The notes beneath the pieces are model-generated. The model made no database searches. It was given only the letters and a program-made list of their open reading frames with translations, and had not been told where the DNA came from. The position numbers were made by a program, and so were the translations under genes. This document shows, piece after piece, positions 1 through 12,558 of a DNA stretch of 64,000 bases (the stretch's first letter is position 1; each line of letters begins with the position of its first letter). The DNA is from Reclinomonas americana ATCC 50394. Its lineage: Eukaryota. Location of the stretch: positions 124,500 through 188,499 of the forward strand of contig PS015187.1 of assembly GCA_048213135.1 (NCBI GenBank), read 5' to 3'.

Positions 1-393
1 GGATTAGTAAAGTTGTTGTTGTTGTTGTTCACTAGTGGAAAACCTTGCTAGATGCAGCTGTACTAACTGCCGCAGAATCATTTGGAGAAAGAGCAGCTTT
101 AGCCCCGTATTGGGCTCACGGGCCACACAGTCAGGTGGGACGTGAGATTGCGAATTCGATTCCATTCGATCGACAAATCGCGAATTCGAATTCGTATTCG
201 ACTCGGTGCACTATGCTCCCAACGTAACAACCATTCCCTTCACCTCTGCCCCACCCGCACTGCACTTCCCTTCCTTCTCCCCCTTCAACGCGGGCTGTAA
301 AAAACAGCCGTAAATGCTCGCGCCCCTCTCTCTGTCCCTCTCTGTCCCGATTTATCGGAGTATTTAGTCTTGAACGCATACACACACACAGCC

Positions 394-2543
394 ATGTCGT
401 GGGATTCGTGGGTCGACAACATGATGGCGTACGAGGGCGTCACTGGCGCCGCCATTGGCGACGCTGCCGGTGCCGGCATCTGGGCCTCGAAGGGCATTCA
501 GGTTTGTGTGTGTGCGCCATGTGTGCGAAATTCCTCCGCACTCCCTCTCCCCCCCCCCCCCACCTCGCCCTCCCTCTCCTGCACACCGCCTCTCTCTCTT
601 TTTTCCTCTCCATGTAGTCGCGACAGTTGAGCGAGGGAGTGAGTTGAGTGTGCGCGTGTGTTGTCGTCAGCAATGCTCAACTCGCACTTGCAAACTGCTC
701 GTCTGTTGTGCGCCATTTGCATGTTGTATGTGAGCTTGTCTCCTCCGCAACTGCTCTTGTGCGTGTCGTCGTGCGTGAGTTTGTGAGAGAGAGAGAGCGA
801 GTGTGTGTTCCGTACAATGGCAGCGCCGACATGGCGTCATCAACCTCACACGCGCACGCGCCACACACGCCAGAGCATTTGTTGTTGTTGTCATATGTAC
901 ACTCTTTATGTTTCTCTTCGTGTCTTTAGTGCGCTGATTGACTGCCTGAGTGATACCCTCTGTGTGTGTTTGTGCATGCAGATTCCCCGCGAGTTTAGCG
1001 AGAAGGCTGCTCGAGCGTTTACGAAGGCGGCTTCAGATGTTGCGTGTGTGCTGCTGCTGCTGCGCCGCCGAAGGGAGTGTGCAAAAGACTGATTTTTCCT
1101 CTTTCGATTTTGCAGGGCAAGACCACTTGCTTCTCAGAGGATGCCACGGTCGAGTTCAACGGTGTGAAGTTCACCACCACACAGGCTGATGACAGCATCA
1201 TCACCATCCTGAAGGTGCGAAGGGATAGGAGGAGAAGGGATAGAAGGAGAAGGGGAAGGGGAGAGACGGGGAAGGGGTTTGTTTCTTGTCCGCCAAGCGC
1301 AATACTTTGACGTCCTCTTTGTCAGACTCCTCTCCTTTTGTTGTGCCTCGCTTTTCGCTCTCCTCTCGCTCTGCTCTCTGCTCTTCGCTGTTTGCTTTAC
1401 TCTCTGCTCTGCGCTCTGCTCTGCGCTTTACTCTGCGCTCTGCTCTGCGTTCTACTCTGCGTTCTGCTCTGCGTTCTGCTCTGTGCTATCTGCTCTGTTC
1501 CCCGCTCTCCGCTCTGCTCCTCTCGCTCTCCGCTCTGCTCCTCTCGCTCTCCGCTCTGCTCCTCTCGCTCTCTGCTCTGCTCCTCTCGCTCTCTCTGCTC
1601 CTCTCGCTCTCTCTGCTCCTCTCGCTCTCTTATCTGCTCCTCTCGCTCTCTTATCTGCTCCTCGCTCTCTCTGCTCCTCGCTCTCTCTGCTCCTCGCTCT
1701 CTGCTCCTCTCGCTCTCTGCTCCTCTCGCTCTCTGCTCCTCTCGCTCTCTGCTCCTCTCGCTCTCTGCTCCTCTCGCTCTCTGCTCCTCTCGCTCTCTGC
1801 TCCTCTCGCTCTCTGCTCTGCTCCTCGCTCTCTGCTCTGCTCTTCTCTTTGCTCCTCGCTCACTGCTCCTCTCGCTCTCTGCTCGTCGCTCTCTGCTTCT
1901 CTCGCTCTCTGCTTCTCGCTCTCTGCTTCTCGCTCTCTGCTCCTCGCTCTCTGCTCGTCGCTCTCTGCTCCTCGCTCTCTGCTCGTCGCTCTCTGCTCGT
2001 CGCTCTCTGCTCGTCGCTCTCTGCTCGTCGCTCTCTGCTTCTCTCGCTCTCTGCTCGTCGCTCTCTGCTTCTCGCTCTCTGCTTCTCGCTCTCTGCTTCT
2101 CGCTCTCTGCTCCTCGCTCTCTGCTCCTCGCTCTGCTCTCCTCCTCGCTCTCTGCTCGTCGCTCTCTGCTCCTCGCTCTCTGCTCCTCGCTCTCTGCTCC
2201 TCGCTCTCTGCTCCTCGCTCTCTGCTCCTCGCTCTGCTCTCCTCCTCGCTCTTTGCTCTGCTCTCCTCCCTCTCCCATTGGCCTCCCTTTTGCCCTTGAC
2301 CCCTTTACTCAAATTTCCTCCCCCTGCAGCACGGCGTCGGCGGCATGGTCCTCGGCCACACCCCCTCGGCCATGGTCTACGCATGGGTCCCGACTGTTGC
2401 GTGTGCATTGCGCCATGATATTTCTCCTCCCTCCGTGCATACTCACTTCCCTCGCACCATTGCAGTTTGCGACTGGTGGCGCCGTCACTGGCGTGCAGGC
2501 CGTCGACAATGTGAGGAAGGCTCTGATCGGCATGGGCTACTAA
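394..2543 (+). CDS. PFN: Profilin, 5 exons (394-501, 982-1038, 1116-1214, 2330-2395, 2466-2543), 135 aa
   Basis: MSWDSWVDNMM..AAIG..GIWAS N-terminus, FNGVKF, GVGGMVLGHTPSAMV, C-terminal VDNVRKALIGMGY*; all introns GT-AG and in frame. Confidence 0.93.
1365..2265. repeat. Degenerate CTCTGCTCCTCG-type tandem repeat (about 16-18 bp units) filling profilin intron 3
   Basis: Directly visible; sense strand almost free of A. Confidence 0.9.
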
Positions 2544-2821
2544 GGATCCTGGTTGTATATCTCGAGCAGCATGCCCGTGATGGCACTCCCCGGTCTCGTT
2601 TTGTGTTGCTGTGCGCCCCACCCTTTTCTTCTTTTCGGCGCAATTGTGCGGCTTGGCGAGGCAGAGAGAGTGCGCGGTTACAGATGAAGAGTGAGTGAAG
2701 TGGAGGGCGATATCAAGGATGTAATCGGAGGTGGGAATGGGAAAGGGAGGGAGAGGGGAAGGGAGGGAGAGGGGAAGGGAGGGAGAGGGGAAGGGAGATA
2801 GGGAGGGTGTAGGGAGAGTGG

Positions 2822-3733
2822 CCTGTCTTCCAGCATTGCTGGTGCGACTGTCTTCCAGTCTTGCTGATGCGACTGTCTTCCAGTGGTGCTGGTGCGACTG
2901 TCTTCCCATTNNNNNNNNNNNNNNNNNNNNNNNNNNNNNNNNNNNNNNNNNNNNNNNNNNNNNNNNNNNNNNNNNNNNNNNNNNNNNNNNNNNNNNNNNN
3001 NNNNNNNNNNNNNNNNNNNNNNNNNNNNNNNNNNNNNNNNNNNNNNNNNNNNNNNNNNNNNNNNNNNNNNNNNNNNNNNNNNNNNNNNNNNNNNNNNNNN
3101 NNNNNNNNNNNNNNNNNNNNNNNNNNNNNNNNNNNNNNNNNNNNNNNNNNNNNNNNNNNNNNNNNNNNNNNNNNNNNNNNNNNNNNNNNNNNNNNNNNNN
3201 NNNNNNNNNNNNNNNNNNNNNNNNNNNNNNNNNNNNNNNNNNNNNNNNNNNNNNNNNNNNNNNNNNNNNNNNNNNNNNNNNNNNNNNNNNNNNNNNNNNN
3301 NNNNNNNNNNNNNNNNNNNNNNNNNNNNNNNNNNNNNNNNNNNNNNNNNNNNNNNNNNNNNNNNNNNNNNNNNNNNNNNNNNNNNNNNNNNNNNNNNNNN
3401 NNNNNNNNNNNNNNNNNNNNNNNNNNNNNNNNNNNNNNNNNNNNNNNNNNNNNNNNNNNNNNNNNNNNNNNNNNNNNNNNNNNNNNNNNNNNNNNNNNNN
3501 NNNNNNNNNNNNNNNNNNNNNNNNNNNNNNNNNNNNNNNNNNNNNNNNNNNNNNNNNNNNNNNNNNNNNNNNNNNNNNNNNNNNNNNNNNNNNNNNNNNN
3601 NNNNNNNNNNNNNNNNNNNNNNNNNNNNNNNNNNNCGACTGTCTTTCAGTGGTGCTGGTGCGACTGTCTTCCAGTGGTGCTGGTGCGACTGTCTTTCAGT
3701 GGTGCTGGTGCGACTGTCTTGCAGTCTTGCTGA
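2822..3733. repeat. 25-bp minisatellite (CGACTGTCTTYCAGTGGTGCTGGTG) spanning the N gap 2911-3635
   Basis: Same unit repeated head-to-tail on both sides of the gap, no spacers. Confidence 0.85.
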
Positions 3734-3934
3734 CTCAACAAATCCAGGCTTGCATTCATCTCCCTTCGCACTCCACTCATGTTTCCCCAATGTATCCACA
3801 CCCATCTGTTGCCGTTCACTTTCCTTTACAGGAGAACATCTCATCCACACACACCACTATCACCATCACCATCACGCGAAACTCGGGACAAAGAACCACA
3901 CCACCACCACCACCAATTAAAAAGAAGAAGCCAC

Positions 3935-4456
3935 TCACTCGGCCGCTGCAGCACCCGATCCCGCAGCAACCTCGCCAGCCTCCGCGGCCGCCGCCGATCC
4001 CAACGAGGGAGCCTGCGACGTCACCGACTCGCCGAGCTTCACCGTCAGGTCGTGGTACAGGCGGTTGAAGAAGATTACATTGCCCTGTGTTGTAGTGAAA
4101 AAAAAAGGGTGAGCTTGCATGTGTGCTGAGAGAGGAGAGGAGAGAATGACAACTCAACTCGGCGACGACGCAGCGTGACAAACGTCAGCGACTCGAGGGC
4201 GGGGATAAAGTGCACCACCATGACGCACAGATTGCCGACGCCGTCTTCACCGTGGGCGCGGACCTGCGGGGTGGGGAAGGGGGAGGAAAAGGGAAGGGAA
4301 GAGAGCGGTGAGACGAAAGAGGTGGGAAGAGTTGGCAAGATACAAATACAGGGGGAAGAGAAGACGGGAAGACAAGAGGGGGAAAAGAAGAGGGGACAAA
4401 GAGGGGGAAGAGAGGGAGAGGGACACACACACACACATACAGACAGACAGACAGAC

Positions 4457-4507
<51 letters not shown>

Positions 4508-4517
4508 GAGACAGTGA

Positions 4518-4549
<32 letters not shown>

Positions 4550-7500
4550 AGGCGGAGGAGGAGGAGGAGGAGAAGGAGAAGGAGAAGGAGGAGGAGGAGG
4601 AGGAAAGATGGAGACTGACGGAAAAAGGGGGGAGAAAGGAGAACGAAGGAGAAAGACATTGCACTCCAGCAATCCGCACCTTGAAGCCAAACGACGCCGG
4701 TCGCGGAGCATCAATGCCCATGCCGAGTGAGGTCAATTCGGCACACACACGGTCGAGCGCCACTGGTGCGTCGAGGGAGCAGGTGAACTGCGTTGACGTG
4801 TTGATGACGCCGCTGAGCTTGGAGTGCGGCAGCAGCACCGAGTCCATCGTGCCCTTGGTGAGCAGGCTGGCGAGGGTGAAGGCGTCGACGCTGTAGAGGG
4901 GGAAGGGGGAGAGAAGGGTGAGGAGCAGGAAAAGGGAGACTAAGAGACACACAGAGAGTGAAGGTCGCAGAGGGAGACAGAGACAGAGAGAAAATCAAGG
5001 TCAGGGTTGACAATTGCAGTGACGAAATATGGAGATGCTTACAGCGAAACAGAAGACTCCGGCGAGACAACCACACAAAACCCGCCCTTCCCCCTCCGAC
5101 AAGACGCAACTAAGTGACCTCTCCAGCCCGGTACGACGAGGCACCACCGCGAGCGCTGGCCAGTGTCCGCTCAATGTCGACTCTCGCCTGGGTGAAGGCC
5201 TCGGCGATTTCCTGCTCCGTCGGCACCACATCCTCGGGCTTGAACGGCGGGCGGTAGTCTGGGCGCTTGTCCAGGTTGCTGAACAGAACACAGTGAGACG
5301 AGAAAAAGGGGAAAGGGGAGAAAGGGGGAAGGGGGGGAGAAAGGGAAAGGGATGAGAAAAGGAATAGAGGAGTAAGGGAAGGAGGTAGAACGGGAAGGAG
5401 GGAGAAAGGGGAGGAAGGAGAACAGGGAAGAGAGGAGAAAGGGAAGGGAGGAGAAAGGGGAAGGAAGGAGAAAGGTAAGGGGGAGAAAGGGAAAGGGAGG
5501 AGAAAGGAAAGGAGGGAGAAAGGGACAGGGAGACGAAATGGAACGTGCAGTTTACAACACCAATACGCAACGTGCGGAACCACGACTGGCCAATCACGTC
5601 GTGCAGTGTGAAGCGACGCGCTGGATCCGGCTCGAGCATGCCGCTAATGAGGTCCTTGACGCCTGCCGACAGCTCGACGTGGCGTGGCCATCTGAGGCGC
5701 TTCTCCACGGCCTCACGTTGGGTGGCGTATGGCATTCCTGTGGAAAAGGGTAGGTGAGGGGAAGGAGACGGGATGAGAGGAGACGGGATGAGAGGAGAAG
5801 GGGGGAAAGGAGAAGGGGGGAGAGGAGAAGGGGAGGAAAGGAGATGGGGGAAAGGAGAAGGGGGAAAGGAGGAGGGGGAAAGGAGAAGGGGGGAAAGGAG
5901 AAGGGGGAAAAGAGAAGGGGGAAAGGACAAGAAAGCAGAAAGAGAAGACGAGACACACACACGGAAAGAGAGAGTGAGAGAGAGAAAGAGAGAGAATGCG
6001 AATGGCGGGAAGAAGGAAACGCAATTGGTGATGAGGGGCGACGCGAGAAAGATGGCAAAACAATGCACATGACCACAATGTGAACACCCAGGCGAAGGAG
6101 AACGAATGCATCACTGGGCAACACCAAAAGAAACGGCACGAAACTCGCAGTGACCATGGCAAACAGAATCACACCCTGCGACAGACATCGATTGTGAGCA
6201 TCACAGCACAACAACCGCCCCACTTGCCACTCCAAACAAACCAGAGAAAACACGTCGGCCTTCATGCCGTCGTATTGCACGAGGTGGTCCACGACCTCCG
6301 GAGCAGCGTACACGCGCGAGCCACACGGAGTGGCCAACAGCGTGCCGTCAGTCTGCGTCTTGGCAAAGCCAAAGTCGCAGATCTTGGCATTGTCGTCGGC
6401 GTCCAGCAGCACGTTTTCGAGCTGCATAAAGCGAGGGTGAGCTTGGCGCAAAAGAGCCGTGGATTGGAGAGAGAGGGAACCTTCAGATCGCGATGGCAAA
6501 TGCCGCACGAGTGCACGTACTCGAGGCCAAACACAATGTCCTGGAAGTACTTGCGTGCCGTGTCTTCGCTCATGGCAACGCCGTTCTCTGTGGTGGTGGT
6601 GGAGGTGAGGGAGAAGAGGGAGAAGAGGGGGGAGAGGGAGGGGAGGGAGGGAGGGGAGGGAGGGGAGGGAGAAGGAGGGAGGGAGGGAGGAGAGGGAGGA
6701 GGAGGAGAGGAGGAGAGGAGGAGAGGGAGGAAGAGGAAGGAGAGGGAGGAGAAGGAGGAGGAGGAGAGGGAGGAGAGGGAGGAGAGCGAAGAGAGGGAGG
6801 AGAGCGAAGAGAGCGAAGAGAGGGAGGAGAGGAGAGGAGATGGGAGGGAGGGAAGAGAGAGAAAAGGGAGAAGAGAAAGAAGAGAAACAAAAGGGAGGAG
6901 GAGAGAGAGAACAAGAGAGACAGAAAGAGAGGAGACACGAGAGACAACGGTTGATACACGAAAAACAGCGAGCGAATGAAACAAGGAGACGAAGGAATCT
7001 TGAGCACGAAGACGGAGAGCGAAGGATAGAAGGGGTGAGAAACACCGCAAATAATGAGTCGGAAATTGATGAACCCGCCAGATACAGTTGCGCAGGTTAA
7101 CGAGAATAAGAAAGACACTTTCAGAGAGAGAGAGAGACGAAGTGACAAGAAAAGAAGTGGAAACATACGAAGGATAACACGGTGCACGTTATTAGTCAAG
7201 AAAGTGAATGACAATGAGAAGAGAGCGAGGGAAATGGAAGCCCGACAGGCGAGACCAATGCACCGGGATATACGACTGAAATAATCGATACAGGCGAACC
7301 ACGACGAGAAAGACAGTAACGAGAGGCAAAACGATCATTAAACCATCAGCATCCACGTACACAGGAGGCACACCCGCCTTCGCCTTTCCCTTCTCCCCTC
7401 TCTCCCTTTCCCCCCACTCACCAATGCGCGAAAACAACTCTCCCCCCGAGCAGTACTCCATAATGAGGTACAGCTTGCCCTCGTTCTTCGCAAACAGCGC

Positions 7501-10500
7501 CGCCTTGTAGTCCACAATGTTGCGGTGATGCAGCTTCTTCATAATGGCTGCCTCTCTGCGAGAATCAATCCCAGTTAAGCTTACGTAGACCAAGAGGGCG
7601 TTTCTCGTCTACCCTCTCACCTCCGCGACTGCTCCAGAATGTCGTGCATGCCTCGCGCCTCCAGCGAGCGAATATCGATTATCTTGGCGGCAACAATTTC
7701 CTCCGTTTCGCGATTCTGGGCGACGCACACTCTGCGCACACAACACGAAAGAGACAGCACGCACGACACGCACGACACACACACGCACGCCACGCCACAG
7801 AAGACACACGAGACAGACACAACTGAGCAAAAAACAATACAAGAGCACAGGGCAAGAAGGGGGAAAAGGGAGAGAGAGAGGGAAAGGGGAGAGCGCGGTC
7901 GCTCTGAATAGAGGAGAGAGAAGGCCCCAGTGCATCGATCTGTGCTCTACGCCTGCAATTGTACTCTGCAAAAGGGCAAGATCATTGGGAGAAAGAAGGC
8001 AAAGAGGGCCAAGGAGAAGTGCCGAAACGCAGCATCACACAAAGCCAGGATGGTTGCCAAGACTGACACAGAAACTGTGTCACAAAGTACAACGAAGTGG
8101 GCGAAGAGAACATGCCATCATGGAACTCAAGACACCAGACGAGGACTGTCACACATCAGAGCGAATAGAGACATGGAATCACGACGCACAAGTAAGAGAG
8201 TCACATCCGTCGCATGCAAGAGCGAAACGAGACATGAATTGCGATGCAGACAATCGACGAACTACACGAGTACAAGAATCACAAACGAGAGTTCGCAAAG
8301 CCAATGAATACGAGACAGAGAGAATCAACGACATCGAGAAAGGACACTTCAGAAGCACTGCGGTCAATGATGCATGAGACCGGGAAGCGCCAGGTAGAAA
8401 ATGAGCTCGCAGCGATCGACGCCGATAGTAGAGAAGAGACGCAAAGGCATTCACAAAACAAGACGGCAAGTAAATAAAAAAGCACAACGCATGCGACAAC
8501 CCAAGGTGCTGCGCAGAAATAAAGGTCAAAGACACTCTGCAGCGCCAAGGAGAAGAATGAGATCGCAGCGGTCGACGCCGATATAAGAGAATAGACGCAG
8601 AAGCATTGACAAAGTAAGACGACGAGTGCATAAAGCAGCACAACGCATGCGACAACCCAAGGTGTTCCGCAGAAGAAAAGGTCATAAAGACGGTGCAGCG
8701 CGAAGGAGGGAGAAGAATGAGCTCGCAGCGATCCACGCCGATCGCAGAGAAGAGACGCAAAGGCATTGACACAACAAGACAGCGAGTGCACAATGAAGTA
8801 CGACAGAAGAATCACACACAAAGCGACAACCTGCGACGACCCAAAGGGAAGGTCACAGAGACAGAGTAGCGCCAGGGAGAAGAATGAGCTCGCAGCGATC
8901 CAAGCCAATGCAGAGAAGACAAGACGAAGAATCTACGATGTGCCAAGACACAAAGCGACAGCTTCGGTAACCCAAGTCGGGAGGCACAGAATGAATTCAC
9001 ACACGAGACAGCGTTCGACAATCCAAGGTATCGCACAGAATGGAGGGTCATCCGAGGCAAGACGACGAATCCACGAGGTGCCAGGTCAAACAGAGACAGC
9101 TTCGACAACCACAGACGGGAAGCACAGAAAGAAAAGCCACACGAGACAGAGCTCAGCGTCGCACAGAAAGGAGGGTCACCAGAGACAAGACTACTAATGC
9201 ACGATGTCTAGGGCAATCAGACAGCGTTCGACGTCTCAAGCAGGGCAGTAGAGTGAAACCACACATGAAATGCCAGGGCGCAATGAGAGAGCAGGCGACG
9301 ATCTGAAGTGGTGAAGGGAGACAGCGTTCGACAAGGAGGGCAAGATGTGGATGCATGGAGTCAACAGCGTAGAAAGTGACAGCTAGGCAACACGCGCGAG
9401 GGGACGGCAATGCACGCATCACACGCAAAGAGAAAGCCCTCGTCGGTGCGCCAACAACGAATCACAAAAAAATGCGACGAAAGACAGCCCGAGATTGCGC
9501 ACAGAAAGCAGGCAAAGACGATTGCGATTTGCAAGAGCCAAAAAGACAAGAACAGGAACAGCAAGTCTCTCTCTCTCTCTCTCACGGACCCACTCCCTCT
9601 CCCTTCATAAACGCACTCTGCATTGGTGCCTTCGCCGATGCGGCGTAATATGACAAAGTTGCCGACGACTTTCAAACTCTTCGACGGTGACGCAGTAATG
9701 GCGGCCAGGGCAGCCGCTGCCGCAGCCGCCGTGGCCTCCGAGGAGGAAGAAGAAGAAGAACCAGCGAGTCGATTCGTGGGAGACACGGGAGCAGGAGAAG
9801 CAGCGGCAGCTGCCGAGGAGCCTGTTCTCACTGCGCGAGTGATCTTTTCGTGGTCTCCTTCTTCGCCATCTTCTTCTTCTTCTTCCTCTTCTTCTTCTCC
9901 ATCATCATCATCGCCTTCTGGTGGAGGTTCGCCACTGCTACTTCATCAAAGGAGAGAAAGAAGAGAGAGACGAGAGAAAATAAAGGCGGACCGCGCCCCC
10001 CCAATATATAACACGCAAACACGCACACACATAAACACACACACACACATAGACACACAAAATAGTGTCAGCGAAACAATCTGTGACAGAGCGGAGGCGA
10101 GCGAGCGAGAGAGACTGAGAGAGAGTGGTAACGGAACACACACGGAACAATGTCGCGCCATGTCGCACACTGAGTGCATCTCTTTCTCTCTCCTCCTCCT
10201 CTGCTCGTGCGCATTGCTGCTTGCTCTTCTGTGACCCCAGCGAGAGAGAGAGAGCGGAAGAGAGTGGAGAATGGAGAAGAGAGAGAGAGAGCGCGCGAAC
10301 GAGACAAGGCGGTTGAGAAGGTGACACTCAACTTGGCAAAACTGCCTTCGCCCAGCGTCTGACCTGCGCACACGCACATACACAAACGAGGGGCGTGAGC
10401 ATAAAAGAGAGTGAGAGAGTGTGTGTGTGTTGTGCGAGGAAAATGGCGCGAGAAGACATGACAACTTGTCTTTTTTTCGCGCGCAGAGAGAGGAATCGAT

Positions 10501-10558
10501 GGATTGCTGCAGTGCACTCACCGACGACGTACTTGCCCACCAACTTTCGCTTCGGCAT
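3935..10558 (-). CDS. CIPK/SnRK3-like Ser/Thr kinase (CAMK group) with NAF-like motif and KA1-like C-terminal domain; about 12-13 exons
   Basis: VGKYVVGQTLGEGSFAKV, VAAKII, HRNIV, IMEYCSGGELF, HRDLKLEN, DFG, TPCGSRVYAAPE, DGMKADVFSLG; then VDAFTLASL (NAF-like), TQFTCS, FVTLRRRRGNVIFFNRLYHDL. Confidence 0.88.
8395..9200. repeat. Diverged tandem repeat of about 155-170 bp units inside the kinase intron
   Basis: AGAA(G)AATGAGMTCGCAGCG anchor recurs near 8397, 8551, 8711 and 8878 with similar downstream sequence, then decays. Confidence 0.8.
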
Positions 10559-11660
10559 GGTTTAGCGCACCAGCCCCAACAGAAAAAGAGTGGCGGACGA
10601 CGCAGGACAGGTGATGTAATGTGAGGCTGCATGCCTTGTGTATGAGGCGCTCTGTGCGTGAATATGCACACTGGTGATTGTGTTGGTGTGTGTCGCATGC
10701 TTTGCGCGATTTATTGTTGTTGTCCAGTTCCGACGTTCACCGTTCCCGTTGATCGTGAAGTGCACAGCCAGCGCCTGCACTCGCGGCGTGTTATCAAGTG
10801 CTGTTACCCACCAGTTCAAAGCTGAGAACCCGCGGTTGAAGCACTTGGCATGTGGAGACGGGTAATCGAAGTGCAAATTGAAAAAATGCATGCCGCAGCT
10901 TTCACGCGACGAGTTTCTGCAGCATGGCACCAGTACTCGATTCTATTCCATGTGCGTACAAAGCCTACGATACCTGCCAACTGCAAAAGCAACGCCTGCA
11001 AGTGTTTTGGAGCTCCGAGAGCGAGATCGAACCAACCCGAAACTTGCTGCTGCCCTCAAGACAAGTGGTTATGTCGATGTTTCGGATAGGGTTGGACGTG
11101 GCCATCAACACAGCTGTCGCTAAAAAAAAAAAAAACACTTCCATTCACCAAAGCAAACCAACACTTCATTCGCCACATTCCAATAATTAATAATGCGATA
11201 AACGCCCACAAATCCCTTGCCGACAATGACCTAGGCACACCAACAATATACATACACGTAATTACTTCTCCATCAGTCATCTTCCCTTTCATGATCAGGA
11301 GGCAAAGCCAACCAAACGCTATTGCTCAAAAGGATTTCGTGGCGCATTGATATCAGCAGCCGTACGCAGACGTCGACGTCGATGCTGAACTCGTTGAAGC
11401 TGGGTGCTGCAGTAGCGACGCGATGGTTCTGGTTGCCCTGAGGCTGCGGCGCGCATGCGCAGCTGCTGCGGGTGGGAGATCTCGAATATTTTCCGAAACT
11501 GGAAACAGAAAAATGTATGCATACGCTGTCGGGGGACGCCTGGTGGCATATGACCAGCGTACAGAACCGTGCAATGCTGTCTTCGACGTCCACGCATTCG
11601 ACGTCCAATGCGTTTGTGGAGAAGGACATATTCCCACATTCTCTCTCTTCGTCGTCGTCC

Positions 11661-11935
11661 ATGCGCGCCTCTTTCGTGCTTCTGATCGCCGTGTTGGCGA
11701 TTGCGATTCTCGCGTCGTGCGTTGCTGCTTCTGCTTCGGGTGAGAGTGAGCGAGAGGAGTTGCATGCGTTGGCGTCGACGGCGTTTGGCGAGTCGGCTGA
11801 GGAGAAGTTGCGTGTGTGAGAAAGAGCAAGAGAGAGGGGGATGAAAGGGGGAGGGAAAGGGGGAGGGAAAGGGGAGGGAAAGGGAGGGGTTATATGTGGT
11901 TTGTCTGCAAGTGGGGAGAGAAGGAGTGTGTGTGC

Positions 11936-11972
<37 letters not shown>

Positions 11973-12280
11973 TGTGTGTGAAGGTGTGTATGTGCCTGTC
12001 TCGCTCCCTGTGACACATTCTCTGATGCACTTACTCTCACATTCTCTGTCTGTCTCTTGTCTTCTCGCACACGCAAGCACACAGTCTCTTAACCTTTACT
12101 TTCTCTCTCTCTCTTGCACACACACACTCTCTCTCTCTCTTGCACACACACACACACTCTCTCTCTTTCACGCTCTCTCTCTCTCTCTCTCATAATGTAC
12201 ATTCTCTGATGCACACATTCTCAGTGTGACTCTCCCTTCTCTTACGTGCAGACACACACAGTATCTCCTTCTTCTTCTTC

Positions 12281-12316
<36 letters not shown>

Positions 12317-12522
12317 TGTGTGAGTGTCACGACGAGTGTGTCATGGCGCGCGCCATCTCTCTCCACTCTTGTCATGATGCACTCAGTTGCTGGTTGCGTG
12401 AGAGTGTGAGAGCGGGAGAGTGACATAATGGGAGAGCGGGAGAGTGACATAATGGGAGAGCGGGAGAGTGAGAAAGTCAAGGAGTGAGAGATTGAGAGAA
12501 ATACGACACAGAGCCGCAGAGT

Positions 12523-12558
<36 letters not shown>

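Noticed and set aside
1279-2418. Long ORFs in several frames (L/S/A/C-rich and R/E-rich)
   Set aside because: Translations of the stop-free repeat in profilin intron 3.
2822-3733. CRISPR-like 25-bp repeat
   Set aside because: Head-to-tail units without unique spacers, no cas genes, eukaryotic context.
11195-11292. BRAP2-like peptide ITCMYIVGVPRSLSARDLWAFI
   Set aside because: Too short, AT-rich and probably intronic; no downstream RING/UBP motifs.
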